Shown piece by piece: positions 50,825-61,127 of a stretch of 64,000 nt of DNA (the stretch's first letter is position 1; every line of letters begins with the position of its first letter). The stretch spans positions 1 through 64,000 of IMG/VR virus record IMGVR_UViG_3300043395_001986. One strand, given 5' to 3'. The notes under the pieces are model-generated. The model searched no databases and was not told the origin of the DNA. It saw nothing but the letters and a program-made list of their open reading frames with translations. The position numbers and the translations under genes were made by a program. Source of the DNA: a virus. Taxonomy: Duplodnaviria > Heunggongvirae > Uroviricota > Caudoviricetes.

Positions 50825-51844
50825 ATGACTAAATCTATAAATTTAGAACTCGCAAAAGGTATTATTACAAACTATTTAGGTAGTTCACACACATTAAAAG
50901 GAGGTGAAGAAGCATATCATTGCCCATTTTGTAATCATCACAAACCAAAATTACAGGTAAATTTTAGTTCTCAAAAATGGCATTGTTGGGTATGTAATAG
51001 TGGTGGTAGAAGTATTTTATCACTTGCTAAAAAATTAGATATATCCAAAAAAGAATTAGAAGAAATTGGTGGAATATATTTTGAAGAAGCTAAAAAGAAA
51101 TTTAGAAAAAACGGAGTAATAACAGAAGAAACATTTGGAGATACATTAAAAGCATTGTGGGAAGGATTAGAGGAAGAATTGGATAAAGAAACTCAAATTA
51201 ATTTTAGACTACCAGAAGGATTTAAATCTGCGTTAGAACTAACACATAGTCAAGAAAACCCAATAGAAGGGCATGCAATACAATATCTGAAAGAAAGGGG
51301 TATTGACAAAAAAACAATAATAAAATATAATATAGGATTTTGTGCAGATGGACCATATCAAGGAAGAATAATAATTCCATCATATGATACAAATGGTATG
51401 CTTAATTATTTTGTAGGAAGGTCAATATTTGCAGATTCTACAATGAAATATAAAAATCCACCAATATCAAAAGATGTTTTGGCATTAGATTCAACAATAG
51501 ACTGGAGTGAACCAATCATACTCTGTGAAGGTATGTTTGATGCAATTGCTATAAAGAGACAGGCGATACCACTTTTGGGCAAGTTCATACCCACCAAATT
51601 ATTCAATAAAATACTGGACAATTCATCAGAAATATACATAGCATTAGATAATGATGCAAAAGAAGATGCTATAAAATTAGTAGAAAAATTAGAAAAATAC
51701 GATAAGTCAGTGAAAATCATTGAGTTAGATGATAAAGACCCATCGGAAATAGGGTATCAAAATTTTTGGAAATATCAGAAAAATTCCGTAACTTTGAGTT
51801 GGGATAAAAAGCTTAAAGAGAAGTTAAATTCTCTTTTTAATTAA
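50825..51844 (+). CDS. DNA primase (zinc finger + TOPRIM)
   Basis: CPFC...CWVC, YLKERGI, EGMFDA, ALDND. Confidence 0.9.
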   Translation: MTKSINLELAKGIITNYLGSSHTLKGGEEAYHCPFCNHHKPKLQVNFSSQKWHCWVCNSGGRSILSLAKKLDISKKELEEIGGIYFEEAKKKFRKNGVITEETFGDTLKALWEGLEEELDKETQINFRLPEGFKSALELTHSQENPIEGHAIQYLKERGIDKKTIIKYNIGFCADGPYQGRIIIPSYDTNGMLNYFVGRSIFADSTMKYKNPPISKDVLALDSTIDWSEPIILCEGMFDAIAIKRQAIPLLGKFIPTKLFNKILDNSSEIYIALDNDAKEDAIKLVEKLEKYDKSVKIIELDDKDPSEIGYQNFWKYQKNSVTLSWDKKLKEKLNSLFN

Positions 51845-51853
51845 AATGTATAT

Positions 51854-54800
51854 ATGGTAGTAAAAAAGATTTTACACATAGCTGACGTACATATTCGTAA
51901 TATTAAAAGACACGAAGAGTATCGTCAGGTATTTAACAAATTGTATAAATCATTAAAAGAACAAACTGATGATAATACAATTATTTATTTGGGTGGAGAT
52001 ATTGCGCATGCAAAATTAGAAATGTCTCCTGAATTAGTTAAGGAAATTGCAGATTTTTTAACTAATTGTGCAAATATTGCTCCAACATATTTAATTACAG
52101 GTAATCACGATTGTAATATGAATAATGTTGGTAGATTAGATGCATTAACACCAATTGTTAATTCATTAAAATTACCAAATTTAGTTTACCTAAAGGATAC
52201 CGAAATAGCGGAATTTGAGAATGCTAGATTAGTATGTTTTAGCATATTTGACCAAAAAGAAAACTGGCCAAAAGCAGAAACATTAGGAAATGATAAATTA
52301 AATATTGCATTATTTCATGGTGCAGTAGATAAATCACAAACTGACATAGGATATAAAGTTTCTTCAAAGAATTTTCCTATTGAAATTTTTGATGGATATG
52401 ATTATGCTTTGTTAGGTGATATTCATAAAAGACAAATTATGCAAGAGAAAGCAGATGGTAAACCATTTGTTGCATATTGTGGCTCATTAATTCAACAAAA
52501 CCATGGAGAAACTTTAGATAAACATGGATATATGGTATGGGATTTGGAAAACCATACTTATACTTCAATAGATATTCCAAATGATTATGGTTACTATACT
52601 TTACATATCGACAACGGAATCGTACCAGATGTGGATGATATACCTAAAATTCCTCGTCTTCGTGTTTTTGTGTCTAATACTGATAGTTCTCAAATTAAAA
52701 GAGTTACTACCGAAATTAAAAAGAAATATAAGGTTGATGATTTTACAATTACAAGAACAGATACTTTATCTAAACTCAAAAGTGGTAATAGGGATGGGCA
52801 ATTGGATATCGGGAATATTACGGATGTTGAATTCCAAAATGGGTTAATAATAGATTATCTTAAACGAAATTATCCAATAGATGATGAAATGCTGGATAAA
52901 GTTGCATCTTTAAATAGAGAAACAAATAAGAAACTTAAAGATGAAGATTTGGCTAGAAATATACACTGGAAGCCAATCCGTTTTGAGTTTTCTAATATGT
53001 TTAGTTATGGTGAAGATAATATAGTTGATTTTGATAAAATGAAAGGTATTATGGGATTGTTTGCAGCTAACGCTCAAGGTAAATCTTCATTATTTGATGC
53101 CCTTTCATTTTGTATATTTGATAAATGTAGTAGAGCATTTAAAGCATCTGCTATCCTAAATAATAGAAAATCAGCATTTCGTTGTAAATTACATTTTCAG
53201 ATAAACGGAGAAAATTTCTTTATAGAAAGAATAGCAAAGACAGTTAAGAAAGGAGAAGCAGTAAAGGTTGATGTACAATTTTGGAAAGAAGATAGCGGTG
53301 AAGTTGTTGTCCTAAACGGAACAGAACGCAGAGATACTGATACTATTATTTCGCAATATCTGGGAACATACGAAGATTTCGTTTTAACTGCATTATCTTT
53401 ACAGGGTAATAACTCATTGTTTATTGATAAATCACAATCGGAGAGAAAAGATTTATTGGCTCAGTTTATGGGCATTAATATATTTGATAAATTATATAAT
53501 ATAGCAATTGAAGATACAAAAGAAGTTTCTACTTTATTAAGAAGATTTAAAAGTGAAGATTTCACATCTGAACTTGCTCAAAATGAAAAGGATTTAGAAA
53601 AATTAGAAGATGATTTTGAAGAATTGGAAATTGAGAAAGAAGGATATGAAGACAGGCAAGAAGAATTAAATGAAGAAATAGCAGAACTTGCCGCTCAATT
53701 AACACCAATTGATGGAAATCTCAATCTTAATTCTTTAACAAAATCTAAAAGTAAATTAGAAGATGAAATAGAAAATATAATTTCATTGATTTCTACAAAA
53801 GAAAATAATATTTCTATATTAGAAGGAAAGGTTCAAGAAATTTCACAATCAATAGATGATAAGAAATCATTTGGTGGAACTATTGAGATAGAAACAGCAT
53901 ATTCAAATTATCAGAAAAAACAAAAAGAATTAATCGAAGCAACAAAAGTTTATGATAATGCAAAATTACATTTAAGTTCTGCAGAAGAAAAGATTAAACA
54001 TTTGGATAATCATAAATACGACCCAAATTGTAAATTTTGTTGTGATAATGAATTTGTTAAAGATGCAATGAGAGCAAAAGAAGCATTGCCTCAATTAGAA
54101 GGAATTGTTAAGCAAGCAATGATTGATTGTGTTGGTATTCAACAAAACATAGATACAATGGAAGGTGTTGAAGAACAATATAATGAATGGAATGAACTTA
54201 AATTAAAATTTTTAAAAGGAAATTCATTAATAGATACTGCAAAAATTGAATTAGGTAGTCAAAGAACATCTTTACAACTTAAACAAAATCAATTATCTAC
54301 AATAGAAAGTGATATTGAAAGATATCATACTAATGAAGTAAGTATTCAAACCAATGAAAGATTAAATTATGAAATAGAAGTTAAAAGGGGTGAACTTGCA
54401 AATATAACAAAAGATGTAAGAGAAGTAAGTAGTAAATTAATGGAAGCAAATGGAACAATTGGCTCATTAAAATCAAAAATACAATCCATATATACAAGAA
54501 TGGAAGAGGTATCCACTTTGGAAGATAAGTTCAAAACATATGAATATTATATCGACTCGATTAAGAGAGATGGTGTTTCATATGAACTTATCTCCAAAGC
54601 TCTTCCTGTAATTGAAGGTGAGGTAAATAATATTCTACAACAAATTGTAGATTTTGGTGTTACACTTCAAATGGATGGTAAAAGTATAAATGGAAAAATT
54701 GTCTACGAAGACCAAGAGTGGCCATTGGAAATGTGTAGTGGCATGGAAAAGTTTATTAGTGGATTGGCAATTAGGGTTGCACTCATTAATGTTTGTCACC

Positions 54801-55009
54801 TTCCTCGTCCAAACTTTTTAGTAATTGATGAGGGATTTGGTACATTAGATAGTGAGAATTTAACATCTATGTTTATGTTATTTGATTATCTTAAAACTCA
54901 ATTTGATTATATAATTGTTATTTCACATTTAGACCAAATGAGAGATATTGTTGATAATTTAATTGAAATTAAGAAAACAGATGGCTTCTCCTCTATAATT
55001 TATAAGTAA
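51854..55009 (+). CDS. fused Mre11/SbcD nuclease - Rad50/SbcC ATPase (gp47-gp46-like)
   Basis: ADVH, GDIAH, GNHD, GDIH; Walker A ANAQGKSS, hook CKFC, signature CSGME, Walker B IDEGFG. Confidence 0.9.
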   Translation: MVVKKILHIADVHIRNIKRHEEYRQVFNKLYKSLKEQTDDNTIIYLGGDIAHAKLEMSPELVKEIADFLTNCANIAPTYLITGNHDCNMNNVGRLDALTPIVNSLKLPNLVYLKDTEIAEFENARLVCFSIFDQKENWPKAETLGNDKLNIALFHGAVDKSQTDIGYKVSSKNFPIEIFDGYDYALLGDIHKRQIMQEKADGKPFVAYCGSLIQQNHGETLDKHGYMVWDLENHTYTSIDIPNDYGYYTLHIDNGIVPDVDDIPKIPRLRVFVSNTDSSQIKRVTTEIKKKYKVDDFTITRTDTLSKLKSGNRDGQLDIGNITDVEFQNGLIIDYLKRNYPIDDEMLDKVASLNRETNKKLKDEDLARNIHWKPIRFEFSNMFSYGEDNIVDFDKMKGIMGLFAANAQGKSSLFDALSFCIFDKCSRAFKASAILNNRKSAFRCKLHFQINGENFFIERIAKTVKKGEAVKVDVQFWKEDSGEVVVLNGTERRDTDTIISQYLGTYEDFVLTALSLQGNNSLFIDKSQSERKDLLAQFMGINIFDKLYNIAIEDTKEVSTLLRRFKSEDFTSELAQNEKDLEKLEDDFEELEIEKEGYEDRQEELNEEIAELAAQLTPIDGNLNLNSLTKSKSKLEDEIENIISLISTKENNISILEGKVQEISQSIDDKKSFGGTIEIETAYSNYQKKQKELIEATKVYDNAKLHLSSAEEKIKHLDNHKYDPNCKFCCDNEFVKDAMRAKEALPQLEGIVKQAMIDCVGIQQNIDTMEGVEEQYNEWNELKLKFLKGNSLIDTAKIELGSQRTSLQLKQNQLSTIESDIERYHTNEVSIQTNERLNYEIEVKRGELANITKDVREVSSKLMEANGTIGSLKSKIQSIYTRMEEVSTLEDKFKTYEYYIDSIKRDGVSYELISKALPVIEGEVNNILQQIVDFGVTLQMDGKSINGKIVYEDQEWPLEMCSGMEKFISGLAIRVALINVCHLPRPNFLVIDEGFGTLDSENLTSMFMLFDYLKTQFDYIIVISHLDQMRDIVDNLIEIKKTDGFSSIIYK

Positions 55010-55011
55010 AA

Positions 55012-55019
55012 TACTTATA
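55012..55019 (+). promoter_or_regulatory. putative late promoter TACTTATA before the tail fibre
   Basis: Intergenic. Confidence 0.5.
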
Positions 55020-55038
55020 TTAAAGTATTTACCAAAAT

Positions 55039-58000
55039 ATGGCAGTAGAGAAAAAACAGGTTTTTAAACAGAATTTAAAAAGCTATAGCACATTCATCCA
55101 AGATACGGCTGCAAATTCTACCTATTTTAAAGTAACAGAATTACCAGATACATTAACAGGTGGTAAAAATGCATTCTTAATAGAAGGTTCTGATTTACTA
55201 CAATTGGGTAGTGAAATTAAAATTGAAATTTTAGATTCAACGGGTGTACCTGTTTATATAGAAGCAGCAGACGGTTATGCTACATCATCATTTGATTCAA
55301 ATGGTAATCCAATAATTACCGAATATTACGAAGGTACTTCTAAAATAGTATCAATGTATGTTTATACCGATACATCATACGGTCCTGCTCAAATTACAAT
55401 ATTAGGTGAAGCAAAATATTATTTAGACCAAAATAATATTAAACAAGAAATACCTGCAGATTGGAAAGGTGTTTATAATGTTAAATGGCAACGAAATTTA
55501 ACAATAAATCCGTCATTAGCTAATACAACAAAGGTAAGATTTTATAAAAGGCCAACTGCTAATATTACTGAAATACTTTCACCAATTTATAGAATTGAAA
55601 GTGGTTCAAAAGTAGCATCAAACGTTACGGCTTCTTTTGCAAATATTATTTTATCTCAATTAGATACCTTTGCAGGAGATGTAAAAAGAGTAAAAGTATT
55701 TAGAACATCAGCGGGCGATATATCCGATTACGATTTGATACAAGATATATATGTCGAATCAAAGGAATTATTAACTACACTTAATATAAGTGGAAGTGTT
55801 AAAGGAGAAGCGGGTTTATTGACGGCCGATACATTAAAAAATACATGGAATACTGGCTCATTAAACACATATTTAACGAGTAGTAGAATTGATAATGGAT
55901 GTAGACTTACAGGTAGTGGATATTTTACATTTACAGGTTCATTGAACATCAGTTCTACAAATGTTTATGAATTAACATTAGATGCATTTTATTCATCATC
56001 AACCGCTAGTAATTTGGGAATTTATATTAGTGGTTCTAATAATGGTGAAATTTTATTAGCATCACTAAATGGAATAACTCCTGTTAAGAATTTAGAAAAT
56101 CAATTGATATCATTTACACTATCAAATGATGAACCAAGTGCTAGTCTATATTTATCTCAATCACAAGGTGAATGGCATATAGGTAATTTAAGTTTAAAAC
56201 TAACAGAAGATACTGCATTTTCTCCAACTGAAATAAGTTTTGTTACATCAATGCCAACTGTCATTGGTAATGAGACGTATAATTTCAAATTTGAGTTTTA
56301 TGATGTAAATAATAACTATGTTCCAATATCAGTTACACAATCGGCAACATTTACTGGTGGTAATAATAATATTGGTGGCACAATTACATTAATTAGTGGT
56401 TCAACGAGTGCATTATCACAATCAGTATCTTATGATTTATGGTTCAATCCAACTGGTAGTTTAACAGCATCGGTTTCACATTCATATTCATCATCATTAG
56501 GATATACCGCAGCAGCCAGTGCGTCATTACAAAGTTCATCTTTATATATAAGTTCATCTGTTAGTGGGACAATTTCAAATGTAAGTTCATCATTAAGTAG
56601 TAGTATATCAACATCACTTTCACAATCATACGCATACACGGACGAAATTTCAGCATCTAATTTTTTAGAATTTACAGATGTTAATAGTAGAATATTCACC
56701 GATTCAACTGGATTGGTAAGTAGAACACCTTCAACCGGTGTTTCTGGTTTATATTTAGGTCAGAGTTATTTAGGTTATCACAACGGAAATGGGCTAGTTA
56801 CCGGTTGGAAAACATATATGTCTAATACTGGTAATTTCTTTTTAACATCATCACAAACAAATGGAGGATATTTAGTTTGGGATAGTGCAGCAGCAACCTT
56901 ACAAATAAAAGGTGCAATTGATATAACAGGTGGTTCAGCAAGAACTGATATAGATAACGCAGCCCTATCTGCTTCAAATGCATTTGATTCTGCAAGTTCG
57001 TATAGTGCATCAATATCCGCATCAACATTCTTTACAACAAATTTATTAGATGGTAGAATATTCACAGATTCAACGGGTAAAATAGTAAAACCACCAGTAA
57101 ATACTGCATCTAATTATGGATTATATTTAGGTTCTTCATATATGGGGTTTTATAGTGGAAGTGGTTGGAGAACCTATATGGATAATTTAGGAAAATTCTA
57201 TTTAACAGGCTCTCTAACAGATGGATATTCAAATTATTTAACGTGGGATGGTGCAGGAACATTGACTGTAGCGGGTGCAATTAATATAACAGGTGGAACG
57301 GCAAATGATAGAATTAATGGAGTAGCAGATTCCGCATCAGCAGCAAGTGCAAGTGCTTTTAATGCAAGTGGAAGTGCATTTGCAGCAGATTCAAAAATAT
57401 TCACAGATGCAAATGGTAGAATAGTAAAAGCACCTTCAACTGGTGTAGCCGGCTTATTTTTAGGAAGTTCTTATTTAGGTTATCACAACGGAGATGGTAC
57501 AGCATTAGGTTGGAAAACCTATATGGCTAATAATGGTAATTTCTTTTTAACAGGTTCAACGGGTGGTTGGTTAAAATGGGATTCAAGCGCAGGAACATTG
57601 GATATAAAAGGTTCTATTAATATCACAGGTGGAAACGCAGCAACTCAAGATTATGTAAATACTGCAACATCTTCATTATCGGGTTCAGTAGCAACATCTG
57701 TAAACGCTGCACAAACAACTGCAAATTCAGCAAATTCAGCAGCAGCTTATGCATTACAGAATGCAAACACATCTTCAATTAATTCATTAGATGATAGAAT
57801 TTTTAATGATGCTGTTGGTAAAATAAATAAAACGGCAACTCCTGGAACCGGTACTGGATTATTTTTAGACCAAAAAAAGTTAGGGTTTTATGATGGTGCA
57901 GATTGGAAAACATTTATGAGTTCTTCTGGTTTGTTTTATTTAACAGGAAGTGCAGGTGGAAACGCTTTACTATGGGATGGTGCAAACTTAATAATAAGAG

Positions 58001-59355
58001 GACAAATCAAAGTATCAGATGGAAGTGAAGTTACATCAACAACTATATCAAACGCAGCAAGTGCATTACAAAATGGTCAAACAAATAAATCTTTAGGATT
58101 AAGTGGTGGTAGTATAGGTGGGGTAACAATCGCACCATCTAGTATATATATTGGAAACGGAAATTGGGCGAATTCTGATACTGGTTTTTTCGTTAATAGT
58201 GGTGGATATTTTTCTTTAAAAGATAAACTAACATGGGATACAAATAACCTTAAAGTACAAGGTGAAATAACCGCAGATAGTGGTATAATTGGGGGATGGA
58301 CAATTGGTGGAAATAAATTATATAGAACAAATAAATTAGAATTAGATGCAGGTGCAACATACCCAGCAATTAATGTATATGGTTCAGATAACATACCAAG
58401 AGTAATTATAAATAACAGCCCAACTCTTTCATCATTAACTGGTGGTGGAGCTGGAAGTGCAAACGTAGCTCAATATTCAATTGGAAATAGTACATCTGGA
58501 GTACAAAGATATGCTCCACCAATAAGTATACCGACAGTAGCAGGAGCAGTATATAATCTTACAATTACATTTATAGAACCAGATGGTAATGAGATTTGTA
58601 ATTTTAGTCTTGATACTTCAACCGGTAATATTATTACACGAATGGATATATGGGATACTGCATTATCTACTCAATTGCAAAATATTTGGTACGATACATC
58701 AGATACCATATATAACGATTCGTCCTGGACATGGACAGATGCGGGTGGAATTTATAATAGGACAATAACAACATCTGTGGTAGGAGATGGTACTATCTTA
58801 AAATTAAGACCAGGAATAATGTATAATGGTAGTAGACAGACAGCAAGAAGCCTTGTATTCCCTGCATATTCATATAGTTACCAACAGACGGTTTCTAAAA
58901 CGGAAATTATTCCAGGCGGGATGCAAATTGTAAATAGTACAGCAGCATATTTAAAAGCAGATAGAACTGTCACCGATAGTGCAGCAACACCTTGGATGAC
59001 ATCAGCGGGAAACTGGTCACATAATGGAACATTAATAACAACATCTGATAGAAATATTAAAAATAATATAATACCAATTGATTTTGATTTGACAAAATTA
59101 AATGAAATAGATGGATATTCATATAATAAGGCAATTGATTATGATGAAGATGGTAATCCTGATACAATTATTTCTACATATGGTGTGATAGCACAAGAAA
59201 TAGAAACTATATTACCAAATGCAGTATCAACAAATACTAATACTGGAATTAAAGGAGTTGATTACAACGCGGTAACCGGTATGTTAGTATCCGCAATAAA
59301 AAAGCTATACTTAAAAGTAAATCAATTAGAAGCACAAATTAGTGGCTCAAAATAA
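55039..59355 (+). CDS. long tail fibre with internal repeats and C-terminal peptidase S74 chaperone
   Basis: TSDRNIKNNI...GVIAQE...VDY; GxIGGWTI. Confidence 0.85.
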   Translation: MAVEKKQVFKQNLKSYSTFIQDTAANSTYFKVTELPDTLTGGKNAFLIEGSDLLQLGSEIKIEILDSTGVPVYIEAADGYATSSFDSNGNPIITEYYEGTSKIVSMYVYTDTSYGPAQITILGEAKYYLDQNNIKQEIPADWKGVYNVKWQRNLTINPSLANTTKVRFYKRPTANITEILSPIYRIESGSKVASNVTASFANIILSQLDTFAGDVKRVKVFRTSAGDISDYDLIQDIYVESKELLTTLNISGSVKGEAGLLTADTLKNTWNTGSLNTYLTSSRIDNGCRLTGSGYFTFTGSLNISSTNVYELTLDAFYSSSTASNLGIYISGSNNGEILLASLNGITPVKNLENQLISFTLSNDEPSASLYLSQSQGEWHIGNLSLKLTEDTAFSPTEISFVTSMPTVIGNETYNFKFEFYDVNNNYVPISVTQSATFTGGNNNIGGTITLISGSTSALSQSVSYDLWFNPTGSLTASVSHSYSSSLGYTAAASASLQSSSLYISSSVSGTISNVSSSLSSSISTSLSQSYAYTDEISASNFLEFTDVNSRIFTDSTGLVSRTPSTGVSGLYLGQSYLGYHNGNGLVTGWKTYMSNTGNFFLTSSQTNGGYLVWDSAAATLQIKGAIDITGGSARTDIDNAALSASNAFDSASSYSASISASTFFTTNLLDGRIFTDSTGKIVKPPVNTASNYGLYLGSSYMGFYSGSGWRTYMDNLGKFYLTGSLTDGYSNYLTWDGAGTLTVAGAINITGGTANDRINGVADSASAASASAFNASGSAFAADSKIFTDANGRIVKAPSTGVAGLFLGSSYLGYHNGDGTALGWKTYMANNGNFFLTGSTGGWLKWDSSAGTLDIKGSINITGGNAATQDYVNTATSSLSGSVATSVNAAQTTANSANSAAAYALQNANTSSINSLDDRIFNDAVGKINKTATPGTGTGLFLDQKKLGFYDGADWKTFMSSSGLFYLTGSAGGNALLWDGANLIIRGQIKVSDGSEVTSTTISNAASALQNGQTNKSLGLSGGSIGGVTIAPSSIYIGNGNWANSDTGFFVNSGGYFSLKDKLTWDTNNLKVQGEITADSGIIGGWTIGGNKLYRTNKLELDAGATYPAINVYGSDNIPRVIINNSPTLSSLTGGGAGSANVAQYSIGNSTSGVQRYAPPISIPTVAGAVYNLTITFIEPDGNEICNFSLDTSTGNIITRMDIWDTALSTQLQNIWYDTSDTIYNDSSWTWTDAGGIYNRTITTSVVGDGTILKLRPGIMYNGSRQTARSLVFPAYSYSYQQTVSKTEIIPGGMQIVNSTAAYLKADRTVTDSAATPWMTSAGNWSHNGTLITTSDRNIKNNIIPIDFDLTKLNEIDGYSYNKAIDYDEDGNPDTIISTYGVIAQEIETILPNAVSTNTNTGIKGVDYNAVTGMLVSAIKKLYLKVNQLEAQISGSK
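56684..58020 (+). repeat. four imperfect repeats within the tail fibre
   Basis: RIFTDSTG/RIFTDSTG/KIFTDANG/RIFNDAVG, each followed by GL(Y/F)L...W(K/R)T(Y/F)M...F(F/Y)LT...WD. Confidence 0.85.
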
Positions 59356-59361
59356 TCAGTT

Positions 59362-60375
59362 ATGCTAGATGTTTTAGTTACAACAGGTGCCGGAAATGTA
59401 CCAATCGGTGGAAGTGATATATGGGTTAATATGTTCTTAAACGAAGTGTTACCATATTTACAAAGTAATGTTGTATTGTATATAGATAACAAACTACCAG
59501 TAGGATTTGATATTAAAAGTTTACCTGTACGCTATGTTGTAACAAATGAAGATGAAAGAATAGTTGATTTAGTTTTAAACAAAGCAGATAGAATACATTT
59601 TCTTCATAACAATTATTTTGAAAGACCTAAATTGTGGAAATATAAACAAAAATTTCACACATATTTTTGTCACGCATATATTCAAGAAATTATAAACACA
59701 AATATAGAATTAGGGCTTGATAAAATTTATTTACCAACAAAAATGGATTTAAATTGGGAACAAAATGTAATTAAAGAATGTAAGAAAGTTGTATGGATTG
59801 GGTGTAATGATGGATTGGTTGAAAAACAACACAAAGATAAATGTATTAGAATACCAAACTACTACCAATTCACAGAAAATAAACCATTTGAATATAAGAA
59901 CGATAAAATAGGATATGCAGCAAGAATTGAAACAAGAAAAGCACCACATTATTTAAGTGGCAAACAGGCTTTAATTTGTTCAAATGCAATGGATTGGGAA
60001 AATTACAAAGAGTATTTTAAAATAAATGATAGGAAAATAAAATTTTACCATTATAATTTGGAAAATCACAAAAATTTCTTTAATTTAGACTTCTCTGTAT
60101 TCCACGCTTGCTACTTAAATGAGCCGTTTGGATATTCTATATTTAACGCAGTAGATTATGGAAAATTACCAATATTACATTCCGATTGGTGTCCAGAATT
60201 AGAGTACAAATATAGAGCAAGTACGAAAGAAGAATTTGATAATGTTTATGAAATTATTAAATTAGATTCGTTTGAAGAAAAAGAAAAAGAGTTTTATAAT
60301 TTAAAATTCTTTTTACAAAGATTCACCAGCAGAGAAAAATGGATTGGAAAAATAGTAAGTGTTTTAAATAAATGA
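59362..60375 (+). CDS. GT-B (GT4-like) glycosyltransferase
   Basis: GGSDIWV, AARIETRK, EPFGYSIFNAV..GKLP. Confidence 0.7.
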   Translation: MLDVLVTTGAGNVPIGGSDIWVNMFLNEVLPYLQSNVVLYIDNKLPVGFDIKSLPVRYVVTNEDERIVDLVLNKADRIHFLHNNYFERPKLWKYKQKFHTYFCHAYIQEIINTNIELGLDKIYLPTKMDLNWEQNVIKECKKVVWIGCNDGLVEKQHKDKCIRIPNYYQFTENKPFEYKNDKIGYAARIETRKAPHYLSGKQALICSNAMDWENYKEYFKINDRKIKFYHYNLENHKNFFNLDFSVFHACYLNEPFGYSIFNAVDYGKLPILHSDWCPELEYKYRASTKEEFDNVYEIIKLDSFEEKEKEFYNLKFFLQRFTSREKWIGKIVSVLNK

Positions 60376-61127
60376 TAACAAATAAAGATTACATTAAAAA
60401 TTATATCACCAATAATTTAGAATTTAATGAGGTTGGTGAAGAAGTGTTAAAAGATGTCCCATATCGTTGGTCACATGGTGCAACAGATGAACATTTAGGC
60501 GATGGACTAATTATATACTCTATTATTCAGTATATGAGAGCAAAAGTATGTGTATGTTTAGGCAGTGGTGGCGGATTTATACCTAGAATTATGACACAGG
60601 CTAGAATTGATTTACATTCTCAAAATATATTAGAAGGTAATAGAGATTATAATTGGGGTGATATTGGAACAACATATGTAGTAGATGCAATGAATGGAAT
60701 TGGTGGTAATGTAAATTGGTTTAAAGAAGAATCTTTCTTTAGAAGAACATTTTATCCAAGAATTATTAATGATACAACTGCAAATGCATTTCATAATTTT
60801 TTTGTATTAAATGATATTAAGATTGATTATTTGCATATTGATGCAGGTCATTCATACGAAAACGTAAAAGAAGATTTTGAATTATATTCTCAATTAATGA
60901 GTGAGAATGGTATTATATCAATTCACGATACAGACCCGAATTACGCGGATAAATACATAGTTACAAATGAAGTAAAAGATAGAGGAGACCACGATGATTG
61001 GAGTGGACCAATTAAATTAGCAAAAGAAATAGATACTGAAAAATGGCAAGTTTTTGACCTATTTAATTTTGGCATTATAAAAAACAAACCAGCTTCAACC
61101 GGATTAACTTTAGTAAGAAAAAAATAA
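60372..61127 (+). CDS. class I SAM methyltransferase (Methyltransf_24-like)
   Basis: LGSGGG, LHIDAGHSYE, ISIHDT. Confidence 0.8.
   Translation: MITNKDYIKNYITNNLEFNEVGEEVLKDVPYRWSHGATDEHLGDGLIIYSIIQYMRAKVCVCLGSGGGFIPRIMTQARIDLHSQNILEGNRDYNWGDIGTTYVVDAMNGIGGNVNWFKEESFFRRTFYPRIINDTTANAFHNFFVLNDIKIDYLHIDAGHSYENVKEDFELYSQLMSENGIISIHDTDPNYADKYIVTNEVKDRGDHDDWSGPIKLAKEIDTEKWQVFDLFNFGIIKNKPASTGLTLVRKK

Noticed and set aside
52581-52847. Nested + strand ORF (also 58583..58768)
   Set aside because: Out-of-frame shadows inside long conserved genes.
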